Shown here: piece by piece, positions 37,828-47,315 of the stretch
Layout: every line of letters starts with the position of its first letter
Position numbering within the stretch: the first letter of the stretch is position 1
Source: a virus
IMG/VR virus record: IMGVR_UViG_3300028800_000071
Coordinates: 16,796 to 80,795 of that record
DNA length: 64,000 nt
Reading direction: 5' to 3' (one strand)
The notes under the pieces: model-generated
Seen by the model: the letters and a program-made list of their open reading frames with translations, nothing else
Databases searched by the model: none
What the model was told of the DNA's origin: nothing
Program-made: the position numbers and the translations under genes

Positions 37828-38810
37828 AGAAAGTTCTCCACGGTTTCGACTTTGCCGGTGGCATAGTCGATATGACAGCCTCTGATCGGCGCGTTATAGC
37901 GGCGCCGCGCCGTCACGGCTTTCGCCATGGCGTTATCAAACGAGACGCTATCGCCGCGATGATAGGGGAAATAGTCGAATGCGACCGTCAGCGCGTGCTG
38001 TTCCTCTGGCGTCCACCAACACGGCATCACGTGTCCTGGGATATTGTGCGGCCAATAATCGGCGATGAAGCCGATCGCCTGGGGCGTTGACTTAAAAACG
38101 TACCATTGAACCGGCGAGGCTTGCAGGTCTGGCGCGGCGTAGTACCGTTCTGCCTGCGGTCCGCTCTGGGTGAGGTCAATGGCGCCGACCATCTTGAGAT
38201 ATCGGCAACTGAGGCATTCGCCTTTGACGTTCTTGTCGAGCGGCTGATCGTGAATGCAGAGCACGTCGCGGACGTTCTGTTGATACGCATCATCGCGGTC
38301 GTAAGTCACCGTGTCGAGCATCCATTCGCTTACAGGGTCCGTGCCGTCGCCGATCTGCTCGGGTTCGTACATGGTGCCGTCGGCGTTGTAGTAGATAATC
38401 CGGTCGCCAGACAGAATCTCGCGCAGGCGCTTCTCGGCGATCTCGGCGTCGGCGGCGCGAACCCAGAAGGCTTCGTAAACGACGCGATTGATCTTGATCA
38501 GATATTCGCGCGCGCCGTCGGCGACGGGGCGCTTCGGTGCGGCTTCTTCACGATTCGGTCCCCATTGTTTGGGAAACGATTGGAACTCGTGATGCGGAAA
38601 TGGACAGTTGCCGACGACGCAGTACGGCTTCGGGTCCTCGCATTCGGCCGTATGCTCGTGATCGACCAAGCATTGCTCGGCCGCAGCGGGGAACTCGTGA
38701 TCGCGAAACGTGTCGCCGCAGACGAAGCAGGGTTCATCTTCGGTGCCACGGAGCTCGGCGATGCCGTCGGTGATCACTTTCAATAGATCGGTGATGGTCT
38801 GAATACTCAT
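37824..38810 (-). CDS. Hypothetical protein with Cys/His clusters
   Basis: Starts after the GTAGGAGA motif; contains CxxC motifs. Confidence 0.6.
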   Translation of the reverse strand: MSIQTITDLLKVITDGIAELRGTEDEPCFVCGDTFRDHEFPAAAEQCLVDHEHTAECEDPKPYCVVGNCPFPHHEFQSFPKQWGPNREEAAPKRPVADGAREYLIKINRVVYEAFWVRAADAEIAEKRLREILSGDRIIYYNADGTMYEPEQIGDGTDPVSEWMLDTVTYDRDDAYQQNVRDVLCIHDQPLDKNVKGECLSCRYLKMVGAIDLTQSGPQAERYYAAPDLQASPVQWYVFKSTPQAIGFIADYWPHNIPGHVMPCWWTPEEQHALTVAFDYFPYHRGDSVSFDNAMAKAVTARRRYNAPIRGCHIDYATGKVETVENFL

Positions 38811-38901
38811 TTGGAATCTCCTACGGATTTGATGCGTTTTGAATGTTGACGCCGCCAATCAAACAACTTCTTGATTCGCGGGTCGCGTTGTCGTAGACGC
38901 C

Positions 38902-39504
38902 TCATTGCTGACGAGCCTCGACGACGCCGCAGAACTTGCATGACGCGGCATGACTGAGACGATAGCGCCAGACGAGAAGCGCCGCGCAGCAGAAGCAATC
39001 GCGGCATTCATGCCGATTGTCCGTACTTACGGCCGCCTGGCGCTTGAGCTCCTTGTCGTCGAGCGGCCACGCATTCGCCAACTGCTCGTTGAACGATACG
39101 CCGTCGTCGATGATTCGCTCGACCCCCAGGATGACGTTCGTTCGGCGAGCGATATCGTTCGCGTACGTGAGCGCTTCTGCTTCGGTCGGACAGACCGTGC
39201 CGTCGCCGACTTTCCAGATGCCATACCCGGCGTCGAACCCGATCACCGTGCCGACGGCATCGCCGTGATCGTAGCAGAGAATCGGCGAGACGCGGACGGA
39301 TTCGAGATCGTACTTCTCATAGACTTGCGCGAGCTTGTCGCCGGGGTTATTGGCGAAGATCGCGTGCGCCCATTCGGCGGCATCCTCGAACTTGTCGAAG
39401 TGCGCGCCGCCTTGGTTCTCGCGCAGCAGTACGCGAAGCCCGCTTTTCTTTTCGCGGATCGTCGGCGCGAATCGCAGACGAGTCGAGAGCGGATAGTCTG
39501 GCAT
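38902..39504 (-). CDS. Hypothetical protein
   Basis: Starts MPDYPLS, coupled to the upstream stop; Cys-rich C-terminus. Confidence 0.55.
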   Translation of the reverse strand: MPDYPLSTRLRFAPTIREKKSGLRVLLRENQGGAHFDKFEDAAEWAHAIFANNPGDKLAQVYEKYDLESVRVSPILCYDHGDAVGTVIGFDAGYGIWKVGDGTVCPTEAEALTYANDIARRTNVILGVERIIDDGVSFNEQLANAWPLDDKELKRQAAVSTDNRHECRDCFCCAALLVWRYRLSHAASCKFCGVVEARQQ

Positions 39505-40331
39505 TAGTTGTTCTCCCACAGGAAGCCCGCGCCGACGATCAAGCGTTTGAACGCCTTCATGAGCGACGGGTGTCGTGCTTCGAGCGCGGCGCGTAATGCG
39601 TCTGGCTCTTGCATGAGATCTGCGTCGGTCGCCTCTGGCCAAATGGCGGTGCGGCGCGCGTGATCGAGTTGGCGTTCCTTGCCCTCTCCGATGCGCTCTG
39701 ACTGAACCCATTTCAGGACCGGCGTCGTTGGCAGATCATCGCCGTCGTGCCGTTCCTTGAGGATGAAAAGCGGGACCGTTTCGAGGCCAGCATACTTGAG
39801 GCCGGTCGGCGTATCGCTCAGTTTCACGCCAACGCCGAGTGGGGCGCCGGTGATGGCGTGCAGTTCCCACATTTTCAATCCGCTTCGCGTCGTCAACGGT
39901 TGGCGTTCGCCTTTGCGTAGCCCCCAACAGTCACGATCGCCGGCGTGATAGATCGTATTGGCGACGTAATGCATCGGCGCGTCGCTGCTCGTCAAGTGCC
40001 ATGGAATGAACGGCGCGAGCTCGGGGAATACGCTAGCGATCTCGTCGTGCATACAGCCGCCGGCCTCAATGTCATGGCGGCGCCTGCTGGCGGCGGTCGT
40101 CACGCCGGCCGTAATCGCGAACGTGTTGTGCCCGTTGCGGCATTCGTCGTCGAATCGAAGGTTGACGGTCATGCGGCCGCCGGGGCCGTAGTCGTCGATC
40201 GGCCGGCTGGACTTCCATTCTTGCTTGCAGAAGCAGCCTGGCTTTTCGTCCTCTCGCGCCGTGACGGCGAACATTCGGCCTTCGACGCCGTTGATCGTGT
40301 GCTCGTGTTCTTGCTTGATGATCGGGTTCAC
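39504..40331 (-). CDS. Hypothetical phage protein
   Basis: 275-aa ORF (RFDDECRNGHNTFAIT...GGCMHDEI...PMHYVAN); no function recognised. Confidence 0.65.
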   Translation of the reverse strand: MNPIIKQEHEHTINGVEGRMFAVTAREDEKPGCFCKQEWKSSRPIDDYGPGGRMTVNLRFDDECRNGHNTFAITAGVTTAASRRRHDIEAGGCMHDEIASVFPELAPFIPWHLTSSDAPMHYVANTIYHAGDRDCWGLRKGERQPLTTRSGLKMWELHAITGAPLGVGVKLSDTPTGLKYAGLETVPLFILKERHDGDDLPTTPVLKWVQSERIGEGKERQLDHARRTAIWPEATDADLMQEPDALRAALEARHPSLMKAFKRLIVGAGFLWENN

Positions 40332-40708
40332 TTGATGATCTCCTCGGTGAGTTCAATCTCGACGACGAAGGGATGCTGACAGCAGCGGAAGCGATTGCCG
40401 CTCCCGTCAACGTCGATCAGCGGCGCATAGCATCCCATGCTCGGGCAGACGACGATGCCGGTGCCGGCGGCGTTGATGCGCTTCTCGGCCACGTCAACGA
40501 GAACGGCGAGCGCCTCTTGGCTCCCCATTGTGAGCCCTTCGCGCGCATCGGTGATCGAGATCGGCTTGAGGCCGCGCTCGACGCAGGTCTGGCACGTGTC
40601 GCCGTAACAGCCGCCGTGCCGAATGCAGGCGAAGCTCGGCCCTTTGACGGTCACGTACTCGTACTCTGGCTCCCGGGCTTGCGCCGGTGTGATATGATCG
40701 TTTTGCAT
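40328..40708 (-). CDS. Hypothetical Cys-rich protein
   Basis: Starts after the CCGTAGGAGAA motif. Confidence 0.55.
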   Translation of the reverse strand: MQNDHITPAQAREPEYEYVTVKGPSFACIRHGGCYGDTCQTCVERGLKPISITDAREGLTMGSQEALAVLVDVAEKRINAAGTGIVVCPSMGCYAPLIDVDGSGNRFRCCQHPFVVEIELTEEIIK

Positions 40709-40784
40709 TAGGGATTCTCCTACGGGTTCTGAGTGCAGGGGCGACGGGGTAAAACCCGCCGCCCCCTTTTTGTTTTCCAGCCGC

Positions 40785-42020
40785 TTACTGCCGAAGCGGC
40801 ATGATGATGCAGTAATCGCCGGTCCGATTCGCCAGGACGAGCGGCGAGAGCGGGTTGTGCAGGTCGGCTTCGATCTGCTCGTAATCGTCGAACGACGACA
40901 GGCAGCTGGCGAGATACTCGGCATTGAAGGCAATGCTCATATCGTTCGCGAGCGGCTTGGGCGCCGGTTCGGTGAACGCGACGAGACGCGTGAACTTTCC
41001 TTTCGTCTCGCTCTCGGCGTTGATCTCGACGGCGTTGCCCTTGGCAAGGAACAGGAGTTTGATCAACGATGCGCGGTCGCTGGCCACTTTGCCGGCGGCC
41101 GTCACGGCGGCGATCATTTCATCCACGGGGATACTGACTGTGCCGCTGATCATAGCCTTCGCCGGATAGACGGCTTCGTAGTTCGGGTACTGACCGTCCA
41201 CGCAGCGGCAGATCACGGTGATGCCGTCGCTCACGGCGATGGCGTACGTGGTGTTGGCCTTGACGGTGATCGAGACTTCGACTTCGCTGGCCTTCGGCAG
41301 AACTTTCATCATCGCTCTAGCGAATACGGGAACGACGATGGCCTTGCCGCCGGTGCCCTTCTTCTCTTGATCGCCGGTGAACGAATCACGAACGACGGCA
41401 TCCTCGATCTGGAAGTGTCCCATTTTGTAGCCGTCCGTTGCGGTGATCGCTGCGCCGGCGTTGCCTTTGATTTCGAGCAGCGTGCTCATGAGCGTGGCGC
41501 CGCGCGCTTGTTCGTCGCTCGCGTGCTTACTGCATTTGAGGAACGCCACGCGTACGTTGTCCGTCGGCGCGAGGAAGGCCGCGATGCGTTCGCCGTCGGT
41601 TGGCGGATAGGCGGGGAGGTCCTCGGCCGGCAGAGTGGGCAGCGTGACGCTGCCAATTCCCCACCCGAGATCGTCGGCGCTGGCGAGGGAGAGTTTATCT
41701 GCCTCGAACGTCAAGCGAACGTTCCCGTGAACGCCCTTGAGCATTTCCTTGAGCGCCTTGGGGCTAACGGTCGTTTCACCGGCGGTGATGCCGACGGCCG
41801 GGACTTCGGCGATGATGCGCGTTTCGAGATCGGTTCCCGTGATCGAGAGTTTGCCGGTGCGGTGATCGGCGCTCAGTTTCACGTTCGCCAAGATCGGCGT
41901 ATGCGAATGCGTGTTGACGGCGAGCAAGACTTGCGTGAGTGCCTTGACGAGATTCTTGGCGTCGGTGACGACGACGGCGGGTTCGAGTTTGGTTTGTGCT
42001 TGTGCCATGTTGATATTCAT
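40785..42020 (-). CDS. dnaN: DNA polymerase III beta sliding clamp homolog
   Basis: PILANVKL, ITGTDLE, ATDGYKM, DGQYPNYEAVYP, IAFNAEYL, IIMPLR: characteristic beta-clamp motifs across the whole length. Confidence 0.92.
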   Translation of the reverse strand: MNINMAQAQTKLEPAVVVTDAKNLVKALTQVLLAVNTHSHTPILANVKLSADHRTGKLSITGTDLETRIIAEVPAVGITAGETTVSPKALKEMLKGVHGNVRLTFEADKLSLASADDLGWGIGSVTLPTLPAEDLPAYPPTDGERIAAFLAPTDNVRVAFLKCSKHASDEQARGATLMSTLLEIKGNAGAAITATDGYKMGHFQIEDAVVRDSFTGDQEKKGTGGKAIVVPVFARAMMKVLPKASEVEVSITVKANTTYAIAVSDGITVICRCVDGQYPNYEAVYPAKAMISGTVSIPVDEMIAAVTAAGKVASDRASLIKLLFLAKGNAVEINAESETKGKFTRLVAFTEPAPKPLANDMSIAFNAEYLASCLSSFDDYEQIEADLHNPLSPLVLANRTGDYCIIMPLRQ

Positions 42021-42538
42021 TCTCCTACGGGTGCGTTGTGTGTATTGTAGAACGCCGCGACGGCGAGATTCTTGAGCATTGATTCGATGGCGCGGCATTC
42101 GGCAGCGGCGTCAACTTCGATCGCATCGAAGGCCACGTCGCCGCATTCGTCCCAAAGAATCCTGCCGCGTGTATCTATGGGACAGGTGATGAGGGTGTCG
42201 CCCTCTAGCCAATAGACCTGCGCGTCGTCAAGGATGACGAGTTGCGTGCCGGTCGGCGGCGAACTTGTATCGACTTTCTTCTCGAACTTGAGGCGGTCCG
42301 TGAGATCGACTTGTGCATCCGCCAACTTCTCGGCGTAGTTCTCCAAGTCGAGGCAGACCTGATTGAAGTCCGGCAGATAGCGCGGGTAATCCACTTGCGC
42401 GTCGAGATCGTGATCCCACGCTCGTTGCAGTTGGCGCGCGGCCTGTGCAAAGAGCATCGCGGCCTCTGGCATATCGGGGCAGGCGGAACAGAACTCGTTG
42501 GCGGCTTTGCCGTGGATGCAGTCGTAGGCGCGCTTCAT
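42017..42538 (-). CDS. Hypothetical protein
   Basis: Coupled ORF in the leftward operon (overlap with dnaN start is small). Confidence 0.5.
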   Translation of the reverse strand: MKRAYDCIHGKAANEFCSACPDMPEAAMLFAQAARQLQRAWDHDLDAQVDYPRYLPDFNQVCLDLENYAEKLADAQVDLTDRLKFEKKVDTSSPPTGTQLVILDDAQVYWLEGDTLITCPIDTRGRILWDECGDVAFDAIEVDAAAECRAIESMLKNLAVAAFYNTHNAPVGE

Positions 42539-42801
42539 ACCGGCGGTCCCTCAAAGCCGCTGACCATGATGGCGTCAAACTTACTGCTGACGTGCATACG
42601 CAGTATCGCTCGGCGAAAGCGCCCTTGATGAAAGAGGCGCTCGCGGAACGGCAGTTTGCTCATGCTGTCGAACAGCGCTCGCTGGTTCTGTGTCATGAGC
42701 GAATCGGCTACTCGGTCGGCCATTTGCGCCGCGCCGAGATCGGAGAACGGGGCTTCGAGGATGGCCAGCGCATCGGCCGGCGTCATGGTGATCTGTTGCA
42801 T
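42535..42801 (-). CDS. Hypothetical protein
   Basis: Preceded by CCATAGGAGAA. Confidence 0.6.
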   Translation of the reverse strand: MQQITMTPADALAILEAPFSDLGAAQMADRVADSLMTQNQRALFDSMSKLPFRERLFHQGRFRRAILRMHVSSKFDAIMVSGFEGPPV

Positions 42802-42825
42802 ACTTTCTCCTATGGTTCGAGTGAT

Positions 42826-43491
42826 TTAGAGGTCGGTGATGCCGAGCACGTTTCGGACTTCTGTGTGCGAGCCAACCCATCCGTCGGCGTACAGCCCGAC
42901 GCCGTGTTGGAAGTCGCGGTCCATCCGCAGCCGTTCGGCGTGCCCGAGCTCGTCGAGCGCCACGATCTTGTGCGGGCACCACGGCTTGTCTTGCGCGCCG
43001 TCGGGACAGGAACAGACGGGCTGCGAATCCGGCTCGATATCATTGGCGATGATCGCCTTGCGATACGCGATCATGCCTTCGACGTACGCCGACCCGAGCT
43101 CGGGTTCGATCTCCTCGGGCAGCGCCGAGTTCCAGACTTCCATTTTGTCGATGGCGCTTGGCGGGTCGCCTTTGTACCCCTGATTGACGCAGTAGTACGC
43201 TCCCCATTCGAGGCGCGGCAGAATCGGCTTCTTGCAGCCGTCGCAGAAGTCGATGCAGCCGTTGTCGTACTCTTGCTGCGCCGTCATTGGCTCATCGGGG
43301 TCGTTCTCGAAGCGCGTCGACTTGCCGTTCTCGACGGGGCATTCGTGCTTCGGATTACATGACGGGCAGAAGATGAACGAGGGGAACCAAACGGGTGCGG
43401 CGCCGTTCGCGATCGCCTCGGGCGATGACGTGTGACGTTCGCCGTGACAGTAGGCGACGATGGTCTTGGGAAGAACGAGAATCGTTTGCAT
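42826..43491 (-). CDS. SWIM/zinc-finger protein
   Basis: CSCPDG...WCPH plus further CxxC motifs; GGAGG RBS. Confidence 0.65.
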   Translation of the reverse strand: MQTILVLPKTIVAYCHGERHTSSPEAIANGAAPVWFPSFIFCPSCNPKHECPVENGKSTRFENDPDEPMTAQQEYDNGCIDFCDGCKKPILPRLEWGAYYCVNQGYKGDPPSAIDKMEVWNSALPEEIEPELGSAYVEGMIAYRKAIIANDIEPDSQPVCSCPDGAQDKPWCPHKIVALDELGHAERLRMDRDFQHGVGLYADGWVGSHTEVRNVLGITDL

Positions 43492-43911
43492 TAGTGGTCC
43501 TCCATTGGCGGAAGTGCGAAGTAGAGATCGGTGAGATCGTTGACGCCAAGAACCTCGAACGTGAGGGCATTGAGCGTTGCGATCAGAACGAGTTGACTAT
43601 GCTTGCCGTGCGGACGATCGGCGGCGTACGCGCGGCGGTACAGGGCTTGCAAAGCGACGGCGACTTCGTAGTCGGTGGGGCCGGTTGCCGGGCCGGCCCC
43701 TTTGGTCGAACAGTTGACGCAGACGAACGCCGTGCGGTCGCAGGTCGTGAAACGATGGCGGCAGGTGTGACAGTCTTTCGTCACCGTCAAGCCGCCATCG
43801 TTCACGTCATGATCGACGTAGATCACCACGGCCTCACGACGGCAAACATGAGGATGATAAACAGAACGACGCCGACGACGATGCGCCAATCTTCGTGTTG
43901 CTTCGTCATCA

Positions 43912-44223
43912 TCAGAATTGCTCAAACTCTAGCTTGAGGCGTTCGGCGAGCATCGCCGCGCCGCCGACGAATCCCCATCCGAGATCGGCGATTTGATCGG
44001 GGTGCGGCTCGCCGAACGGAACCATCTTCAAGCCCGAATCTTCGCCGCCGCGCCAGATACCGATGGGGCCGATAGGGAACTCTTTGATATAGTCCTTGCA
44101 TTTGAACGTGACTTTGGCGCCGCTCGGGATCACGACGTTCGTGAGTTTCTTGAGCGATTCGACCAACTGTTGCTCGCAGGCTTCGCCATACGATGCTTTG
44201 GTGACGACGGGCTTCTTGGCCAT
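43912..44223 (-). CDS. Hypothetical protein
   Basis: GGAGGACACCGCTAATG initiation region. Confidence 0.55.
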   Translation of the reverse strand: MAKKPVVTKASYGEACEQQLVESLKKLTNVVIPSGAKVTFKCKDYIKEFPIGPIGIWRGGEDSGLKMVPFGEPHPDQIADLGWGFVGGAAMLAERLKLEFEQF

Positions 44224-44402
44224 TAGCGGTGTCCTCCGAAGTCCCACGACGCGACTTCAAGTTGGCGCATGATGCGGTCGGCGTTGGTTTCTCCGAGCGT
44301 CTTGACGAGATAGCCATAGCGGCTGTCGTTGCCGCGTAACCGATCTATATCGGCAACGGTCGTGATGCCGAGATCGGCGAGCGCGGTTTTCAGGTCGGCC
44401 AT
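44223..44402 (-). CDS. Small hypothetical protein
   Basis: Same duplicated initiation region; starts MADLKTALADLG. Confidence 0.55.
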   Translation of the reverse strand: MADLKTALADLGITTVADIDRLRGNDSRYGYLVKTLGETNADRIMRQLEVASWDFGGHR

Positions 44403-44610
44403 TAGCGGTGTCCTCCAAGTGGTGAGAGCGGTGCATTGCGGAGTGCTTGACGCAGCCGGCCGATCGCCGCAAGCCGGTTGCCGAGCAGGGTGACGGCGTG
44501 GAACTGTTGGTTGTGCCGCTTCACGGCGCCACGTGAGAACGCGGCGTCGGTGATGACCATGCGGCAGGCCGGGCAGAAAGCCCGGCCCTCGGTGATCAGT
44601 TTCATCATGA

Positions 44611-44880
44611 TCAGGCCCTCGCGTATCCGTGCTGTTCGAGTTGCGTGACGACGAGCGCCGCGCCGCGATCAACGTCGCGCAGACGCTTGACGCGCTTCCA
44701 CGTTCCGCCGAACGGCTTTTCGCCGTGCGGCTTCCAGCTGGACTTTTTGAGAACCCATCCGTTGCTTCGGATGCTGTACGTCGTAACGATCTCGGTCGGG
44801 ACGCCGGTGACGCTATCGGGTTGCGTGCGGCGCTTGGTGAGACGAGCGACTTCCTCGCCGTTCTTGAATAGACTTGCCAT
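44611..44880 (-). CDS. Hypothetical protein
   Basis: Preceded by CCGTAGGAGAA. Confidence 0.6.
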   Translation of the reverse strand: MASLFKNGEEVARLTKRRTQPDSVTGVPTEIVTTYSIRSNGWVLKKSSWKPHGEKPFGGTWKRVKRLRDVDRGAALVVTQLEQHGYARA

Positions 44881-44911
44881 GTTGGTTCTTCTCCTACGGG
44901 ATTTTGGTGTG

Positions 44912-45469
44912 CTACAGGATGGCGTATGCCAGAACATCGTCGGTGCCGGTGAACGTGTTGAGGCGCTCTTGCTCGGCGCGGCTATGCTGAACGTGGCGGC
45001 CTTGGTTCTTGCAGTAGTCCTCCACGTCCATGATGCGATAGAGTTCGCTTTCGCGGCGGCGCGCTTCTTCGATCATCGACGTATGCCCGACGACCGTATA
45101 GGCGTACGCGTGATGCGCGTCGGCGGCGATGCAGGGCACGACGTACAGGAACTTTGGGTCGAGCGTCTCGGCGACGAGCGCGCCGACCTGCCGGGTCCTT
45201 TCGGCCGATTCGGCTTCCAGGCGATCGGCGAGGATATCGAGGCCACGTGCCAACAGCCGCGCGCCGAGGACGACGCGTTCTTGCGGCTTGAGGTGCGCTT
45301 CGCGCGGCAGTAGCGCGTTCGTGATCGCCGTTGCGGCTTGGTCGAGGATATGGGAAAGTTCCACCGCGCCGGCGCCGTCGTCGCGTTCTTGCGCGGTGAG
45401 CGATTCGGTAATGAGAGAGCGGAGATCGGCGCGGCGCCGGGCGTGAGCGGACGGGGTGATCTTGGTCAT
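44912..45469 (-). CDS. Hypothetical protein
   Basis: Preceded by CCGTAGGAGAA. Confidence 0.6.
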   Translation of the reverse strand: MTKITPSAHARRRADLRSLITESLTAQERDDGAGAVELSHILDQAATAITNALLPREAHLKPQERVVLGARLLARGLDILADRLEAESAERTRQVGALVAETLDPKFLYVVPCIAADAHHAYAYTVVGHTSMIEEARRRESELYRIMDVEDYCKNQGRHVQHSRAEQERLNTFTGTDDVLAYAIL

Positions 45470-45680
45470 GTTGTTTATTCTCCTACGGTTGTGAGTGATT
45501 AAAGGGGAACGTTTTGGACGGTGGTCGTGCTATCGCCGTCATCTTCGTCGTAGCGCCAGCGCCAGCCGCCGTTGCCGTCGGAAGTATAGAGCTTGCGGCG
45601 TTCTTGCGTATTGACCTTACGGCTGATCTCCGCGCCCTTCTCGTCCAGCATAATGAACGTGCGCGTGACGGTTTGCTCGT

Positions 45681-46082
45681 TCACAGTAGATGCCCCCGAC
45701 CGGCGTTGATAATGTTCTCGCGGTCGATTGCGCTGAAGCCGCCGTCATCGTAATCGCGGCCATGCGAATCGCGGGGTTCGCCGTCGTCATCGGTTTCTTC
45801 GGCGTCGTCGGCGACGCTGACGGCGGCGGGCTTCGGCATCCGGTAATATGCGGCGGCGCATTCGGGGCAGATGGCGATCAGGACTTTCATATCGCCGATT
45901 GTCCAGCCGTCGTCGGTGACGTAGATATCCCAAACGCCGCCGGGATCGTGAACGACGCCTTTGCGAACCATGGCGCTCGTTCCGAGTTTGCGGTCGGGGT
46001 GCGCCTCGCAGGCGAGCATGAAACCGTGATCGGTGAACTCAAAGAGTTCGCCGCTGGTGGTGATTTCGAAACGGTCTGTCAT
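45681..46082 (-). CDS. Hypothetical protein
   Basis: GAGGT RBS; operon context. Confidence 0.55.
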   Translation of the reverse strand: MTDRFEITTSGELFEFTDHGFMLACEAHPDRKLGTSAMVRKGVVHDPGGVWDIYVTDDGWTIGDMKVLIAICPECAAAYYRMPKPAAVSVADDAEETDDDGEPRDSHGRDYDDGGFSAIDRENIINAGRGHLL

Positions 46083-46083
46083 G

Positions 46084-46326
46084 TTACTTTACCTCGAAGG
46101 CGTTGGTGAGTGGAACAAGATGGCCGTCAACGTCGCCGTAAACGCGCTTGACGCGGAGCCAGATGCCGTTGTCGGGGTCGTGCGAGATTTCCGTGACCGT
46201 GCTCTTGAAGCGTCGGCCAGATACGCCGCAGGCGCGGGCATATTTGCCAGCGGCTTTGAATTGAATACGGCTTCCCGGTTTGATCGTGAAGCCTCGGTGG
46301 GATTGGACGGATTGCAGTTGCTTCAT
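46084..46326 (-). CDS. Small basic protein
   Basis: Preceded by CCGTAGGAGAA. Confidence 0.6.
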   Translation of the reverse strand: MKQLQSVQSHRGFTIKPGSRIQFKAAGKYARACGVSGRRFKSTVTEISHDPDNGIWLRVKRVYGDVDGHLVPLTNAFEVK

Positions 46327-46360
46327 GTTTGCGGTTTTTCTCCTACGGGTGTGTGAGTGA

Positions 46361-46657
46361 TTAAACGGTCGGGTTTACGATTTTGCAGTACGACGCGGCC
46401 ACGCGCTTCATTTGCTTCGTCGTGCGATCAAGAACGTTGAGCGACGTGCGGTTTACTTTCTTGACGGTGCCGATGAAGTGTGAGCCATGGCGGCTGTTTA
46501 CTTGGACGAGATCGCCTTTTGAGAAGTCGCCTGCCGTCCAGAACGATTCGTTGCGATAGGCGGCTTTGAGAATCGCCATGGCTTCTTCGAGCGTGGACTT
46601 GTTTTGATCGGCAACGTTTTCGCGGATGAAGTTGAGGAAGTTGTGGTTGTATCGCAT
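46361..46657 (-). CDS. Small SH3/KOW-like hypothetical protein
   Basis: FSKGDLVQV...GTVKKVNRTS; coupled start at 46657. Confidence 0.55.
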   Translation of the reverse strand: MRYNHNFLNFIRENVADQNKSTLEEAMAILKAAYRNESFWTAGDFSKGDLVQVNSRHGSHFIGTVKKVNRTSLNVLDRTTKQMKRVAASYCKIVNPTV

Positions 46658-46980
46658 TACTTGCCACCGGCCGGGATGAACGCGGCGATATCGGCGGCGT
46701 CGGCGACGACCCATTCGCTGAACGTTGCGCGACGGACGAACTTGACGTATTCGTATTTGACGGTCATGAAGTAATCGTTGCAGTAATCGGCGACGGTCGA
46801 GCGCGAGACGGCGCCAACGTTGTCGATGAGCTCGTGCATTGCTTGCAGTACGGGGTTTGACGAATCGGAATCTTCGGGGTTCACGATGGCGAGAACGTCG
46901 TCGTGATCGTCGTAGATCACCGGCCAGAGCGGGAAGTTGGCTCTGGCAGCGGCGGCGGCGGCGATTTGCTCGTTGTGCAT
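46657..46980 (-). CDS. First gene of the leftward operon, hypothetical
   Basis: Preceded by CCGTAGGAGAA and the leftward promoter. Confidence 0.6.
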   Translation of the reverse strand: MHNEQIAAAAAARANFPLWPVIYDDHDDVLAIVNPEDSDSSNPVLQAMHELIDNVGAVSRSTVADYCNDYFMTVKYEYVKFVRRATFSEWVVADAADIAAFIPAGGK

Positions 46981-47060
46981 TTTGTTCTCCTACGGTTTCG
47001 AGTGCTTCGTGATCGGCGCTTTCGGGGGGTTCTCGTTCGCGCCAATTAGAAGATGACAGA

Positions 47061-47104
47061 AGTATAACATACGTCCCGATCATGCGAAAGCGAACGTCTG
47101 TTCG
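47061..47104 (-). promoter_or_regulatory. Leftward promoter (extended -10 TGtTATACT) with adjacent LexA box
   Basis: Minus-strand TATGTTATACT near 47061-47071; CGAAC-GTCT-GTTCG at 47091-47104. Confidence 0.6.
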
Positions 47105-47315
47105 TCGGTTTCTGAGCGAAACTAATCAAGCCAGGCCTGTAGTTTTACGCTCCCCTGCCCCTCAGAGTGGGCTGTCCGAAAATGACGATCTCGACGCTCG
47201 CTCCCCCTACAGGGCAGGCAAGCGTGGTTTCTCTGCCGTCCAAAGTGAACGTATTCTTCAACGTTCTTCCCAACGTATTGCCGAACGGGTACCGGCCGTG
47301 CTAGGCTGGCGGCGG

